Shown piece by piece: positions 20,550 to 31,166 of a DNA stretch of 64,000 nt; position 1 is the stretch's first letter; every line of letters starts with the position of its first letter. The notes beneath the pieces were generated by a model. The model did no database searches. It saw nothing but the letters and a program-made list of their open reading frames with translations, and had not been told where the DNA came from. Source of the DNA: Limnothrix sp. BL-A-16. GTDB taxonomy: Bacteria > Cyanobacteriota > Cyanobacteriia > CACIAM-69d. The stretch lies in assembly GCA_041937175.2 (NCBI GenBank), contig CP166615.1, positions 2,496,001-2,560,000 on the forward strand, read 5' to 3'. The translations under genes and the position numbers were made by a program.

Positions 20550-21674
20550 TCATGGTCTGGCCACCACCTCCTCCACTGACGATGGCCAATAGTTTCCCCA
20601 AGCCAAATTCAGCAACGTTCCTTGCATCTCACAGAGGCATTGCACCAGCCGCTGGGCAGTCCGCACCATTAATGGGCTAGTTTTCAAAAAAGCAGCCACC
20701 TGAACCGCCTGGGCCGATCGCTGCAAGGTGGGTGAAATGGCCGTTGCCGTGGTGATGAACGATCGCTCCTGCCATTGATCCAAATCCTCGCGAACCGCTT
20801 GCCAGTAAAGGACTTGGAATTGCACAAAGTCAAAATCGCACTCCCGCAGCACCCGCTCAATGCGGGCATAGCGATGCAGACACCAGTTGCGCAAAATCAC
20901 CCAAGATGGGTGTAAATCCCGCGCCAAAACCAGCTTGAACGCCCGTCGGCGCAACTGCGGCAAATAATCATCCACCCAAAAAACCATCATGTCGTGATAG
21001 GCCGGCGTGCCGATGCACGATCGATCCAAAACCGCCGCCCGATCGACCCCAAACCGATCCAACACCTCCTGGGGAAAGTAGCAGATCCCCTGGCGCGCAT
21101 CCTCATCGATGTCGCGCAGGTTGTTATAGAACTGATCGACCGCTCCAAAGTGATAGGCCGCCTCCCACTGGGACGGACTCAAAAACGGCAGAATCTGGAA
21201 AAAGGAACCCGCCAACGTCTCCAGCATCGTTTCATAGTCAGCTAGCGTTTCAATCCGTAGATTGTCCGTGTGGTAGGTCAAGATTGCATCCAGATACCGA
21301 TCCCACGACTGCACCGATAAGCGATCGCTCAGACTTGCCTCCGCATGAAACCAGCGCTGTTGCATTGTCGCCAGCAAACTGGCATCTTCTGTGACCATGG
21401 CCGCCGGGCCATGGCTCAGTAAACGCTTCCAAGAGCGATAGAACGCGAGGAAACTAGGCTGCTCCGTAGATGTGTGATTTTCTTTACAGACAAGTTCTGC
21501 CTCCGCCAATCGATCGACCTTACGAATCCAACCAATCCGTTCAATCCAGTCCCGTTGCACATCTGACTCGAGTCCTAAGACCCAAGCAGCATTATCTTCA
21601 TCCTTAAGAGAATCATCAGCAATCGCGCAGTATTGCGACGATTCGACCAGCTTGGCCACAGCCGATCCGTTCAT
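20550..21674 (-). CDS. Squalene/phytoene synthase-family protein (divergent)
   Basis: Second Asp-rich motif QFYNNLRDIDEDARQGICYFP; TLADYE..LAG segment. Confidence 0.8.
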   Translation of the reverse strand: MNGSAVAKLVESSQYCAIADDSLKDEDNAAWVLGLESDVQRDWIERIGWIRKVDRLAEAELVCKENHTSTEQPSFLAFYRSWKRLLSHGPAAMVTEDASLLATMQQRWFHAEASLSDRLSVQSWDRYLDAILTYHTDNLRIETLADYETMLETLAGSFFQILPFLSPSQWEAAYHFGAVDQFYNNLRDIDEDARQGICYFPQEVLDRFGVDRAAVLDRSCIGTPAYHDMMVFWVDDYLPQLRRRAFKLVLARDLHPSWVILRNWCLHRYARIERVLRECDFDFVQFQVLYWQAVREDLDQWQERSFITTATAISPTLQRSAQAVQVAAFLKTSPLMVRTAQRLVQCLCEMQGTLLNLAWGNYWPSSVEEVVARP

Positions 21675-22742
21675 GATGCACCCGTGAAATCCCTGACGCA
21701 CTCTATTAGAACTTTAGCCCCTTGTTCTGGTAGATGAACAAATACCACCAATTTCTAAGGAAGTCTTGGCCGTCAGGGGCGATCGCCCTTTGTTTTAGCA
21801 AGAAATGGCCAGACTTTATTGCTGTGTGACACCCCCTAATCTCAGGAATTGAGAGCATCAGCCAAATTCAGCCAGGATTGAAATTTAAAGCGCTTGTTTT
21901 CAGGCATGAAATTCTTTTTTTAGGCCATGAATTAGTGATGATTCTCAATCTTTAAAACACTTGTATTTTCTACTACATCAATTCAGAGAGAAATCCCTTA
22001 AGGTGTCTCGCCACTCAATTGGTGGTCTCCGCAAATTCTCGGAGCTAACGCCCCCAAGTGCCAGCCTTTGGTATGCGCAATCAGAACGACAACACGGAAG
22101 CCCCCTAAAAAAAGACACAGGCTAACAGGGCGCAAGTTTTGAACAACTGCCGCCGTTGACTGACTCGATCGCCGATCGAGTGCGCGCCTGTCTATGACTC
22201 AATCAAGGGCCTATCTTGCTGAACCTGAGGTTGGATTGAGACCAGATCAAGGCCGCTGCGTCCAACGGTCAGACTAAGGTTGACCCAAAATCGATACAAC
22301 CGAATGGATACGATAAGTGATCACAGGCGATGAGTAATTGCGGATCGCGCTGATCCCGATCCTGGCAAGATCATGCTGATCGCCCCTGATCATGGAAAGA
22401 CTCACCGGATTGCAACCCTGGACTACAAAGCGGGGCGATCGGCAAATCCAAGCGCGTTATGGCTAAGGGAAGAATTTTGGGTTCTGGGCCAGAGCGTGGG
22501 AAACTAGGGCAGCGATCACCCGCTGCTGGCAAGGGCGCATCTGGAAGCAGGTAAACTGCGCCGGCCGAAAGCAGCAACGCATTTTGGTAGCCCTGTTGGA
22601 ACGAATCCGCCGAGCCTCTGGGATGGTTTACAACACCCCCAATCGACCGTTACCAGTGCCTTTGACGCAACCGTTTCTGGTGTCCGCAAGAGTATTGTAA
22701 CGCCCCGAGGGGCGGGGAATCTACCCGGAGAGTATTGAACCC

Positions 22743-23729
22743 ATGTCGTTGTTTGATTGGTTTGCAAATCGTCGTAAGAGCGATCCGGCTGGACATTCAG
22801 GCCAAGAGCGAGAGATCGCCGATGGTCTCTGGACGAAGTGTGAAGCCTGCGGCGTTCTCGCCTACACGAAAGACCTTCAGGCAAATCAGATGGTTTGTCT
22901 GGATTGTGGGCATCATATGCGGGTCTATAGCGATGAGCGGATCCAGCAATTAATTGACCCGGGCACTTGGGTGGCGTTGGATCGGGATGTGCGCCCGGTG
23001 GATCCTCTGGGCTTTTTCGATCGCAAGTCCTATAGCGATCGAATTGTGGAGGCCCAAAGCAAGTCTGGTCTCATTGATGCGGTGCAAACGGGCTTGGGTG
23101 ATTTAGAAGGTCAGCCGATCGCCCTGGGGGTGATGGACTTTCGGTTCATGGGCGGCAGCATGGGATCCGTGGTGGGCGAAAAGCTAACCCGGGCGATCGA
23201 ACGAGCCACCGCTGAACGCCGGGCCATGGTGATTGTCTGCGCATCCGGGGGGGCCCGAATGCAGGAAGGAATGCTGAGTTTGATGCAAATGGCCAAAATT
23301 TCCGGGGCCCTGGAGCAGCATCGGGAGGCCGGCTGTCTCTACATCCCTGTGCTGACCCATCCCACCACGGGCGGTGTGACGGCCAGTTTTGCCATGCTCG
23401 GCGACATCATCATCGCCGAACCCAAAGCGTTGATTGGGTTTGCGGGCCGGCGGGTCATTGAACAAACCCTGCGGGAAAAGCTCCCGGATAACTTCCAAAC
23501 GGCGGAATATTTGCAACAAAACGGGTTTGTGGATGCGATCGTGCCGCGAACCCAACTGAAGTCTACGTTGGCCCGCTTGGTTCGGTTGCATCACGCTTCC
23601 CGGCGGGCGGTGTCCACGGCTCCCACGAATGGGGCCCGGCTGCGGGATGAGGTGATGCTGGATGGTCAACGGGATGGGTTGCATGTGGAACGTTCGATCG
23701 CCCCTGGTTCGATCGCAGCCCAGCCCTAA
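22743..23729 (+). CDS. accD: Acetyl-CoA carboxylase carboxyltransferase beta subunit
   Basis: GLWTKC zinc finger, [32 protein letters not shown]. Confidence 0.98.
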   Translation: MSLFDWFANRRKSDPAGHSGQEREIADGLWTKCEACGVLAYTKDLQANQMVCLDCGHHMRVYSDERIQQLIDPGTWVALDRDVRPVDPLGFFDRKSYSDRIVEAQSKSGLIDAVQTGLGDLEGQPIALGVMDFRFMGGSMGSVVGEKLTRAIERATAERRAMVIVCASGGARMQEGMLSLMQMAKISGALEQHREAGCLYIPVLTHPTTGGVTASFAMLGDIIIAEPKALIGFAGRRVIEQTLREKLPDNFQTAEYLQQNGFVDAIVPRTQLKSTLARLVRLHHASRRAVSTAPTNGARLRDEVMLDGQRDGLHVERSIAPGSIAAQP

Positions 23730-24441
23730 ATCCTCCCACCCGCGATCCTCTCACCGGCTCTCAGGAATTCGATTCGCCCAATTCGATTCGCTCCAGCAGC
23801 CCTCTTCAAGATTGCGGCCCGAAATTGCAACCCGAGATTGCAACCCGAGATTGCGATATGTTTCCGAACGATGGTTTCGGAATCCAGGTTCTACGGGGGA
23901 TCACCCCGCCCCCAAAGCGAGACTCGGGCCATGGGCTGAAAGCCTTGACCCCCAACGGTTATTCAGCCCCCGATCTCGGAAAGTCATGCCCACTGATGCG
24001 GCTTGAGTTGATAACTTGCTATCTCTCGGAGCCTGAAAGGCGGGGGCTTTGCCCTCAATCCGGTAAGATTAAAATCAACTTTTGGCTACCGCATTTTTTC
24101 TCCAAAACATTTACCGTTTAGGGCTTTGCCGGCCAAAGGCAACCGTTATCATTACCCGGCGATCGCTGGGTGAGACTCGGACACTTTGAAGAGACACCGG
24201 GGCCAACCCCGCTCCCATCGCTGGGCAGTGGAGAGGGCTTTGGGGTCAAACCACCGATCAACGCAGCCGTTTTAGCTGGCTGCCTAGATCGGGAATCCCC
24301 GTTGCTTTAGCATGGGGAGGATGTGAATTGTGGTTAGAGTGCCGCAGCGGGGGCGATCGCGCGATCCGAGCGACAATCTAGCCGGCTATAACATCGGCCT
24401 GACTTTGATCGAGATCAAGAGACTCAAGTCTAGAAAGAACC

Positions 24442-24939
24442 ATGCTGAAAAAGGTTGTTTTGCTAGTTGTAGCGGTGGCGTTTTTTGCCTTCCAACTGGC
24501 CGTTAGCCCCGTAAGCGCGGCGGAAATGAAGCCGGAACTGCGCACGGTCAAGGTCAACGAAAAGGGTGATACCGTCACCTTGACCCTGGAGCAAGTGGCT
24601 CTGGGCAAGAGATTGTTTAATGACACTTGTGCCCAGTGCCATGCGGGCGGTGTGACCAAGACCAGCCCTGATCTGGATCTGTCGCCTTCGACCTTGGCAG
24701 GTGCCATTCCTAGCCGCGATCACATCGCTGGTCTGGTGGACTACATGAAGAATCCGACCACCTACGACGGTGAAACGGAAATTTATGAACTGCACCCCAG
24801 CACCCGCAGTTCTGACATTTTCCCGGAGATGCGGAACCTGACCGATGAGGAATTGGAAGCGATCGCTGGTCATATTCTGAGCCAACCCAAGGTGATTGGT
24901 TCCCGCTGGGGCGCTGGTAAGACTCGTTATTCAACTTGA
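24442..24939 (+). CDS. psbV: Photosystem II cytochrome c-550
   Basis: Signal peptide, CAQCH, NPTTYDG, ELHPSTRSSDIFPEMRNL. Confidence 0.96.
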   Translation: MLKKVVLLVVAVAFFAFQLAVSPVSAAEMKPELRTVKVNEKGDTVTLTLEQVALGKRLFNDTCAQCHAGGVTKTSPDLDLSPSTLAGAIPSRDHIAGLVDYMKNPTTYDGETEIYELHPSTRSSDIFPEMRNLTDEELEAIAGHILSQPKVIGSRWGAGKTRYST

Positions 24940-25256
24940 TGAATGAGTGAATATGGAGGGCGATCGAGCAGCAAGGTAGATGATGCCCGATCGCGATGCC
25001 CTCAGGGTTCTCTGGATGGTTGTTTGATTCAGTTGCCCCATTCAGGACTCGTAATCGATTGCTTGCCCGGTTAACCGAAGGATGGTGGCCGGGTATTTGT
25101 TTGGAATTAATTGGGCCTCGGGATTAATTAGGCTCTGGGATTCCTTGAGCGGCGGCCACCCCGCAATTTTGCAGGGTAGAATCGAAAGGTCTCTGGGCTA
25201 AGGTTCCATGGCCGCATGAGTTCCACTAGCTGTGCCGTTTGCCCCGCGTCATCATC

Positions 25257-25712
25257 ATGTCTAAACGTCAGTCCGATCGATTTGCGCTGGGGATCCTGCT
25301 GGGGGCGGCAACTGGAGCCGTAGCAGGATTATTGTTGGCTCCCCGATCGGGTCGAGCTTCTCGCCAGCGTCTACAACAATCTTTGCAAAGCACTTTGCAA
25401 AACACCTTACAAAACACGGTGAAGCAATCGGGCGATCGCCTGCCGGGAGCGTTGGAGGAGTTGGGACAAGTGGTGCGCGACCAAGCGGCCATTTGGTCCG
25501 ATCGCACCCGCGATCGCCTGGAAGGGGCACTCGATCGACTGCGGGACGCGATCGCCAGCGGTGTGGCCGCCAGCCAAACGGTGGATCAGGAAGATGTCAG
25601 CTTGTCGGAAGCGGGCGACGCAATCCCAACCGGCTCAGCCCCAACTCCGAAGCCCCGCCAGTTGGCCTATAACCGAATGGCCGCCCCCATGACCCAAACG
25701 GGCGATCGCTAA
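25257..25712 (+). CDS. YtxH-domain protein
   Basis: FALGILLGAATGAVAGLLLAPRSG. Confidence 0.85.
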   Translation: MSKRQSDRFALGILLGAATGAVAGLLLAPRSGRASRQRLQQSLQSTLQNTLQNTVKQSGDRLPGALEELGQVVRDQAAIWSDRTRDRLEGALDRLRDAIASGVAASQTVDQEDVSLSEAGDAIPTGSAPTPKPRQLAYNRMAAPMTQTGDR

Positions 25713-25738
25713 CGGCGCGCATTCCGTCCTCTGAACCC

Positions 25739-26533
25739 ATGATCGATCCGTTATTTTGGCTGGGGCTATCGTTTTTGCTCGTCAGTGTCTGCTTGGCGAT
25801 CGCCCTGGCCGCTGCCATTCCTGCCCTGCAAGAGTTGGGGCGGGCCGCCCGCAGTGCCGAGAAGTTATTTGACACCCTCACAAGAGAGTTGCCGCCCACC
25901 CTGGAAGCCATTCGCCTCACGGGTTTGGAAATTAGTGACCTGACGGATGACATGACCAGTGGCGTGCAAAGCGCCGGTCAAGTGGTGCAAAAGGTGGACA
26001 GCAGCTTGGATACGGCCCGGCGGCAAGCGCGGCGAGTGGGAGCCACGGCCCGGCGGGCGGCGGCAGGTCTTCAGGCCGCTTGGCAGGTGTTGGTGAAGCC
26101 TGGTCGCGATCGCCGTCGAGATAACCGATTGGAAGGGCGCAGTGAGCGGAATGAATTGCGGGGCGAATTGCGCGGCGACCTCAGGAACGATCGCAACGAA
26201 CGAAATGATCGCGATGAGAGAAACGACCCAAGAAATGAGGGGCTGAACCGGCGATCGGAACGGCCGGGACTGCCGAGTGGATCCACTTGGCAACCACCCG
26301 ATCGCTATGCGGAGGCCTACCTAGAAGACGAGCTGGATAATGATCTTGATGAAGATTTAGGGGATCTGGATTTAGAGGATCTCGATGAATTAGATCATCT
26401 AAACCATCGAGCCAACTACGATGATCCTTATCCCAGCAGCGATCAAAATCCAAGGAACGATCGAACCAGTGAATCAGGCACTCACTCAGACAGTGAATTT
26501 GGAGATGGAACCCTGGTTGAGCGATCGCAATGA
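25739..26533 (+). CDS. DUF948-like membrane protein with charged low-complexity tail
   Basis: MIDPLFWLGLSFLLV..ELGRAARSAEKLFDTL.RELPPTLEAIRLTG; paired with the YtxH gene. Confidence 0.75.
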   Translation: MIDPLFWLGLSFLLVSVCLAIALAAAIPALQELGRAARSAEKLFDTLTRELPPTLEAIRLTGLEISDLTDDMTSGVQSAGQVVQKVDSSLDTARRQARRVGATARRAAAGLQAAWQVLVKPGRDRRRDNRLEGRSERNELRGELRGDLRNDRNERNDRDERNDPRNEGLNRRSERPGLPSGSTWQPPDRYAEAYLEDELDNDLDEDLGDLDLEDLDELDHLNHRANYDDPYPSSDQNPRNDRTSESGTHSDSEFGDGTLVERSQ

Positions 26534-26542
26534 GCCTTCGAA

Positions 26543-27799
26543 ATGAGCCTTGATTTGCGGGACTGGCCCCTAAAACTCACTCCCTTAAAATTGACGGATT
26601 TACCCGAAACGGCCTATTTGGTCGGTGGAGCCGTGCGGGATGCCCTGTTGGGGCGGCAGCGGGAGGCGGTGGATTTGGATGTGGTGCTGGCGACGGGAGC
26701 GATCGAACTAGCCCGATCGATTGCTGGTCGCTACGATGCGGGGTTTGTGGTGCTAGATCGAGAACGCCAGATTGCGCGGGTGGTTTTTGCCCAGGGAACG
26801 CTGGATGTGGCGGCCCAGGTAGGCGACTCGATCGAGGCGGATCTGCGACGGCGGGACTTCACGGTGAATGCGATCGCCTATCAACCCCATCGCCAGGAAT
26901 GGGTTGATCCCCTCGAAGGCCGGCGAGATTTGGCCGATCGGGCCCTGCGAATGGTGTCCGTGGAAAACCTGCGGGAGGATCCCCTGCGATTGTTGCGGGC
27001 CTATCGAATCAGCGCCCAATTGAACCTTCAAATGGAGCCGACTACGGCCCAGGCGATCGCCCAACAGGTTCCGAATCTGCGGCTTGTGGCGGCCGAACGG
27101 GTGCGAGCCGAGTTGGACTATTTGTTGGAAACGCCCCGGGGCGATCGGGCGCTGATGGCGGCCAGTGAAATTCAGCTTTTGCGCGATTGGCTGCCCCCTT
27201 GGCAAGGACAGCATGGGGTAACGCTGCCGGCCCTATCCAAGGCGATCGGACAATTACAAAACCTTTGGCCCAATGCGCCCCTCGATTGTTCGCTGCCCAA
27301 TGGGCGATCGCCCTTGGCGGCGGCCCGGTTGGCCTGTTTATTGGGATCAGACTTGATGATCGCTCAACGGGCCCTGGAGCGACTCAAAACCAGCCGGGTT
27401 GATCAGCGCATTCTGTTGGCGATCCTGGCGGCCAAGGCGAGCCTACCGGCCGATCGCCAATCGCCGCTCGATCGCGCAGCTCAGTACCAATTTTGCAAGG
27501 CGGCGGGGGAAGGATTTTTGGCGGCCATGCTCCTGGCTTTGGCGGAAGGAACGGCCCCGATCGCCCTGGCCGAGGCGATCGCCCGTTGGCAAGATGTCAC
27601 CGATCCGGTAGCCCACCCCAGCCCACCGCTCACGGGTCACGAGTTGATGACGGAATTTGGCTTGCCCCGGGGGCCGATCGTCGGTCAACTGTTGGCGGCC
27701 TTGGAGCGGGCCCAGGCCCTTGGGCAAATTCAGGGATCCGAAGGCGCTCGGCAGTTTGCCCAACGCTGGCTTCAGTCAGCCCAATCCTTCCCGACATAG
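26543..27799 (+). CDS. tRNA nucleotidyltransferase (probably CC-adding)
   Basis: YLVGGAVRD, DLD, DLRRRDFTVNA, EDPLRLLRAYR. Confidence 0.9.
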   Translation: MSLDLRDWPLKLTPLKLTDLPETAYLVGGAVRDALLGRQREAVDLDVVLATGAIELARSIAGRYDAGFVVLDRERQIARVVFAQGTLDVAAQVGDSIEADLRRRDFTVNAIAYQPHRQEWVDPLEGRRDLADRALRMVSVENLREDPLRLLRAYRISAQLNLQMEPTTAQAIAQQVPNLRLVAAERVRAELDYLLETPRGDRALMAASEIQLLRDWLPPWQGQHGVTLPALSKAIGQLQNLWPNAPLDCSLPNGRSPLAAARLACLLGSDLMIAQRALERLKTSRVDQRILLAILAAKASLPADRQSPLDRAAQYQFCKAAGEGFLAAMLLALAEGTAPIALAEAIARWQDVTDPVAHPSPPLTGHELMTEFGLPRGPIVGQLLAALERAQALGQIQGSEGARQFAQRWLQSAQSFPT

Positions 27800-27897
27800 C
27801 CAACCTTTGCGGGCCAACCTTTGCGGGTCGATCACGAAAGGCAATCTCAAGGCGATCGAGATGCGCTATGCTAGGTGGGCTGAACGGGAAATGGAAC

Positions 27898-28080
27898 ATG
27901 GCAAAGCGCCGTAACCTCAAAAAAGAAAAAGCACAGCGTAACTTGGCTTACGCACGTAAATTCCGCAAGCGCTCCAATAGTGGACGGATGCACCGCTCTC
28001 GTCGCCCGTCTGCATCGGCCGAAGCGGAAACCAATGAAGAGGAAACGACCACCGACGTTCAAGACGGTGCAGCGGTCTAA
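27898..28080 (+). CDS. Small conserved basic protein (60 aa)
   Basis: MAKRRNLKKEKAQRNLAYARKFRKR... with acidic tail; resembles a widespread cyanobacterial hypothetical protein. Confidence 0.7.
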   Translation: MAKRRNLKKEKAQRNLAYARKFRKRSNSGRMHRSRRPSASAEAETNEEETTTDVQDGAAV

Positions 28081-28280
28081 CCCAACCCAAGTCTCTCTTC
28101 TATGGCCGAAGCGGCCTGTGGCTAAAAACGTTTTGGGTTTCCTTGCTCCGTCGTGGATCCAATTTTCCATTAACCTTTGGGTTGTGCCATGGATTGGGTT
28201 TAACCCACGGCCGGAGCCAGAAGCACCCGATTGCGGCTTTGAGGAAGCGCAGCAGTTCTATTAACTGTTGCGCTTCTCTG

Positions 28281-28362
28281 TTTTTGCCATTTATTTTTGC
28301 CATTTGTTTTTGCCATTTATTTTTGCCATTTATTTTTGCCATTTATTTTTGCCATTTATTTT
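28281..28362. repeat. Six tandem 13-bp units TTTTTGCCATTTA
   Basis: Units at 28281, 28294, 28307, 28320, 28333 and 28346. Confidence 0.95.
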
Positions 28363-28478
28363 GAGGATCATCTCACTTGACCAAAGGCAACGGCCGAGTC
28401 AGGCGTTGTAGATGTGGGAAATTAGACCGCTTTCACGAAAATCCCTTTCCTCCAGATCGGCCGATCAACGATCATTTT

Positions 28479-28562
28479 GTAGGTTGGGTTGAGGCACGAA
28501 ACCCAACCACAGCAAGGTTCGTAGTGATCGAGTTGGGTTTCGCAAAGCTCAACCCAACCTAC
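28479..28562. repeat. Inverted doublet of GTAG REPs (REPIN-like)
   Basis: GTAGGTTGGGTTGAG..CGAAACCCAAC ... GTTGGGTTTCG..CTCAACCCAACCTAC. Confidence 0.8.
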
Positions 28563-28664
28563 CGAAGAACCAAGCATTTGAGCGCTTTGTCAATCAATCA
28601 GTAATCTTGGAAAGGAATTTATAGTTGCTTTATCAATCAGCTCTAAAGACCTCGTTAAAGATTT

Positions 28665-31049
28665 TTAGAGATTTTTCAGAAAGTCCTCCATTTCTTTCGC
28701 CTCAGTGACCATTCCCAAGGCTTGGAAGTGCTCGATCGCCCGTTCGGCCCAATTACGCGACTCCTTGCGCAATCGCCCGGCCGAGGCAGCGCGGGCCAAA
28801 TGCTTGCAGCAATAGGCACAACACCGCTGATCAACAATCACTGCCGCCAATCGGTAGCTGGCTTCCAACTCCCGCATGGCTCGGGAATATTGCCCCTGGA
28901 CTATCCGCACCTGCCCGATCGAGGACTGAATGTAGGCCGTTCCCCGTTGCCAACCCAGCGCCTGTGCTTTTTTCAGGGCCGTCGTATAAAGTCGCAAAGC
29001 TTCGGTGGAATTCTGTGCCTGCTGTGCCAAATCGCCTTCGTAGTAAAGACTTTGGCACTCCAAACGCAACCGGTGCTCGGCGTTGAGCTGGGGATGGTGA
29101 ATGAGCTGCTCAACACGGTGTTTCCACCGATCGCCATGGTCGATCGATCCCTGGTCATAGGCCAGGCGCAGTTGGTTAATGGCTAAATCCGATTGCAACT
29201 CTAGATCCAGATGATCCCGCAATTGCCAAACGGCCTCAAAATCTGCACAGGCCTGGCGAAGGGATTGGGAGTCATTGCAGAGGGCATGGGTCCAACCGCG
29301 ATCGAACAAAAAGCGTGCTTCCAAGGCCAAGTTCTGTTGCTGGCGAGCCAGTTGGATGGCTTTGGCATCGCGGGCAATCCGCTCCGACCAATGGCCGCGA
29401 AAGTGGCTGTAGCCCCTGAGAGGTTGAAAAACCTGCCAAAACGACTCCAATCGCCCGGCCGCTAAACACCAATCCAAAACCTGATTCAGGGTGCCCCAAT
29501 GACAATCGATCGCTTGGTGATCGGTTAACCACTCCAGGCGATCGCCCTGGCCATGTTGCTGCACATAGTCGATCGCCCATTGCAACCATCGCTCACGCAT
29601 CGCCGTTTCTTGAGTGGCGGCCAGGCGATCGACCCCCACCGTTGCCACATAACGCCGAGCCAAGGACGACAGGTCATAGCACCCGTCACAATGGAGGGTC
29701 ACCATGGACTGCTCAGCCAGCTTGGCCAAATGGGCCCAAGTGGCGTGGGCTTCCGGATCCACCCCGGCCACCTGGGCTAACAATGCTGGTTGGACGGGAA
29801 CCGCAAACCAACTGAGGGCCAACAGGAACTGCCCCGCCAACTGCCCGCCCAAGGCCTCCAGGATGTTGGCACAGTAAAACTGCGTCACCCAGTGATCCGG
29901 CTGTTCCAGTTGGGCAATGACCCAAGCGATCGATTGGCCCGCCGTCAATTGCCCCAACCCCCAGGCGATCGGCCCCGGCAAGGAACCCGCCGCCGCCACC
30001 AAGCGCCGATATTGCCCCAGGGACCAAGGCCACCCCGCTTCCGGAACCCGCTGCATGATCCACCGCAGGGCCGCCTCTGGCTCCAGGGGATCTAGATGGA
30101 GCGATCGGGCGATCGGCAATCGATAGCGGCAGGTGAACAACACCTTGACCGTGGCTGGCAATTCATACAAAAACGCCAACGTGGCCTGCGGATCTGTCAT
30201 TTCTTCAAAACTATCCAAAATCAACAACATGGGTTGTTGAGCCATCAAAGTCCAAGCCTGTCGCATTCGATCGGGCAAGGGGCGATCGTTCCATTCACTT
30301 GTCATTCGATCAGAATCGGATGTGAGATTCTGCAAAACTTCCGATAATAACTGCTCTAGGGTTTGTTGCGATCGCCATCCTGGCAGCAGTCCCATTCCCG
30401 TTAAGTAATGGGTTTTAGCGGAAGTGAACAAGATCCGCTGGAAAGGGCAAGAATTTTGTTGAATTAAATAATGAACACTCGCTAAAGCCAGGGCCGTCTT
30501 ACCGGTTCCGCCGGCTCCTTCAATCACCAAAAAGCGCTCTTCTTGATTCTGTTGCAGCCAGTGAACCAGGTGTTCCCACTCTCGATCGCGGCCTTCCAAA
30601 ATCGCACTATCCTGAGCTGGCAAATAAACCTTCAAGTTTTGATGCTCCGCGATCGGAGCAGAGGAGATTCGATAGGGACATTCTGCTAACATTGCCAAAA
30701 TTCGGCGACGACAAAAACGCCCTTCCCAATTCAATAACGTTTTAAGATAAGTGTAAAGCTTATTTGTGAGTTCTGTTCGGAGAGCATCAGCATTAACTTC
30801 AAGCACTGTGGCTAAGGCTTCAATGCTCATTCCTGTGAGAAATCCGCGTAAATAGAGCCGTTCAGTGCGGCTGAGTTGCGATCGCCGAGAATCACCAGTG
30901 GCGGGAAACTCCGGACAGGGCTGCCCCCGCTTTGCCCACAGCAGCCGGGCCTTGACTCGGCCCAAGTCGCGATAGAGACCTTCGAGATTCCATTCGCACC
31001 CCACCTCCTGAAACAAAGTGCTTTTGTTATCCATCGCTCGCTGGGTCAA
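28665..31049 (-). CDS. STAND/NB-ARC NTPase with N-terminal HTH-like domain and C-terminal TPR repeats
   Basis: Walker A GAGGTGKT, Walker B LLILDSFE, FTCR sensor, GSLP (GxP), helical TPR-like C-terminus. Confidence 0.85.
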   Translation of the reverse strand: MTQRAMDNKSTLFQEVGCEWNLEGLYRDLGRVKARLLWAKRGQPCPEFPATGDSRRSQLSRTERLYLRGFLTGMSIEALATVLEVNADALRTELTNKLYTYLKTLLNWEGRFCRRRILAMLAECPYRISSAPIAEHQNLKVYLPAQDSAILEGRDREWEHLVHWLQQNQEERFLVIEGAGGTGKTALALASVHYLIQQNSCPFQRILFTSAKTHYLTGMGLLPGWRSQQTLEQLLSEVLQNLTSDSDRMTSEWNDRPLPDRMRQAWTLMAQQPMLLILDSFEEMTDPQATLAFLYELPATVKVLFTCRYRLPIARSLHLDPLEPEAALRWIMQRVPEAGWPWSLGQYRRLVAAAGSLPGPIAWGLGQLTAGQSIAWVIAQLEQPDHWVTQFYCANILEALGGQLAGQFLLALSWFAVPVQPALLAQVAGVDPEAHATWAHLAKLAEQSMVTLHCDGCYDLSSLARRYVATVGVDRLAATQETAMRERWLQWAIDYVQQHGQGDRLEWLTDHQAIDCHWGTLNQVLDWCLAAGRLESFWQVFQPLRGYSHFRGHWSERIARDAKAIQLARQQQNLALEARFLFDRGWTHALCNDSQSLRQACADFEAVWQLRDHLDLELQSDLAINQLRLAYDQGSIDHGDRWKHRVEQLIHHPQLNAEHRLRLECQSLYYEGDLAQQAQNSTEALRLYTTALKKAQALGWQRGTAYIQSSIGQVRIVQGQYSRAMRELEASYRLAAVIVDQRCCAYCCKHLARAASAGRLRKESRNWAERAIEHFQALGMVTEAKEMEDFLKNL

Positions 31050-31131
31050 CCTCCTTCGGGAAAGACTCGATAAGCCAAAGTTCGTGGTCGGGATTCAGGT
31101 CAGTTCCATCGAATTGATCGCAGATTTGAGA

Positions 31132-31166
31132 TTTACCTAAGATTTTAGGGTTTTACCTAAGATTTT
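31132..31166. promoter_or_regulatory. Direct repeat TTTACCTAAGATTTT x2 (20-bp period), candidate operator
   Basis: Copies at 31132-31146 and 31152-31166 in a divergent intergenic region. Confidence 0.45.

Noticed and set aside
27493..27897. 5' part of the 195-aa ORF
   Set aside because: Overlaps the nucleotidyltransferase in another frame; only 27898-28080 looks real
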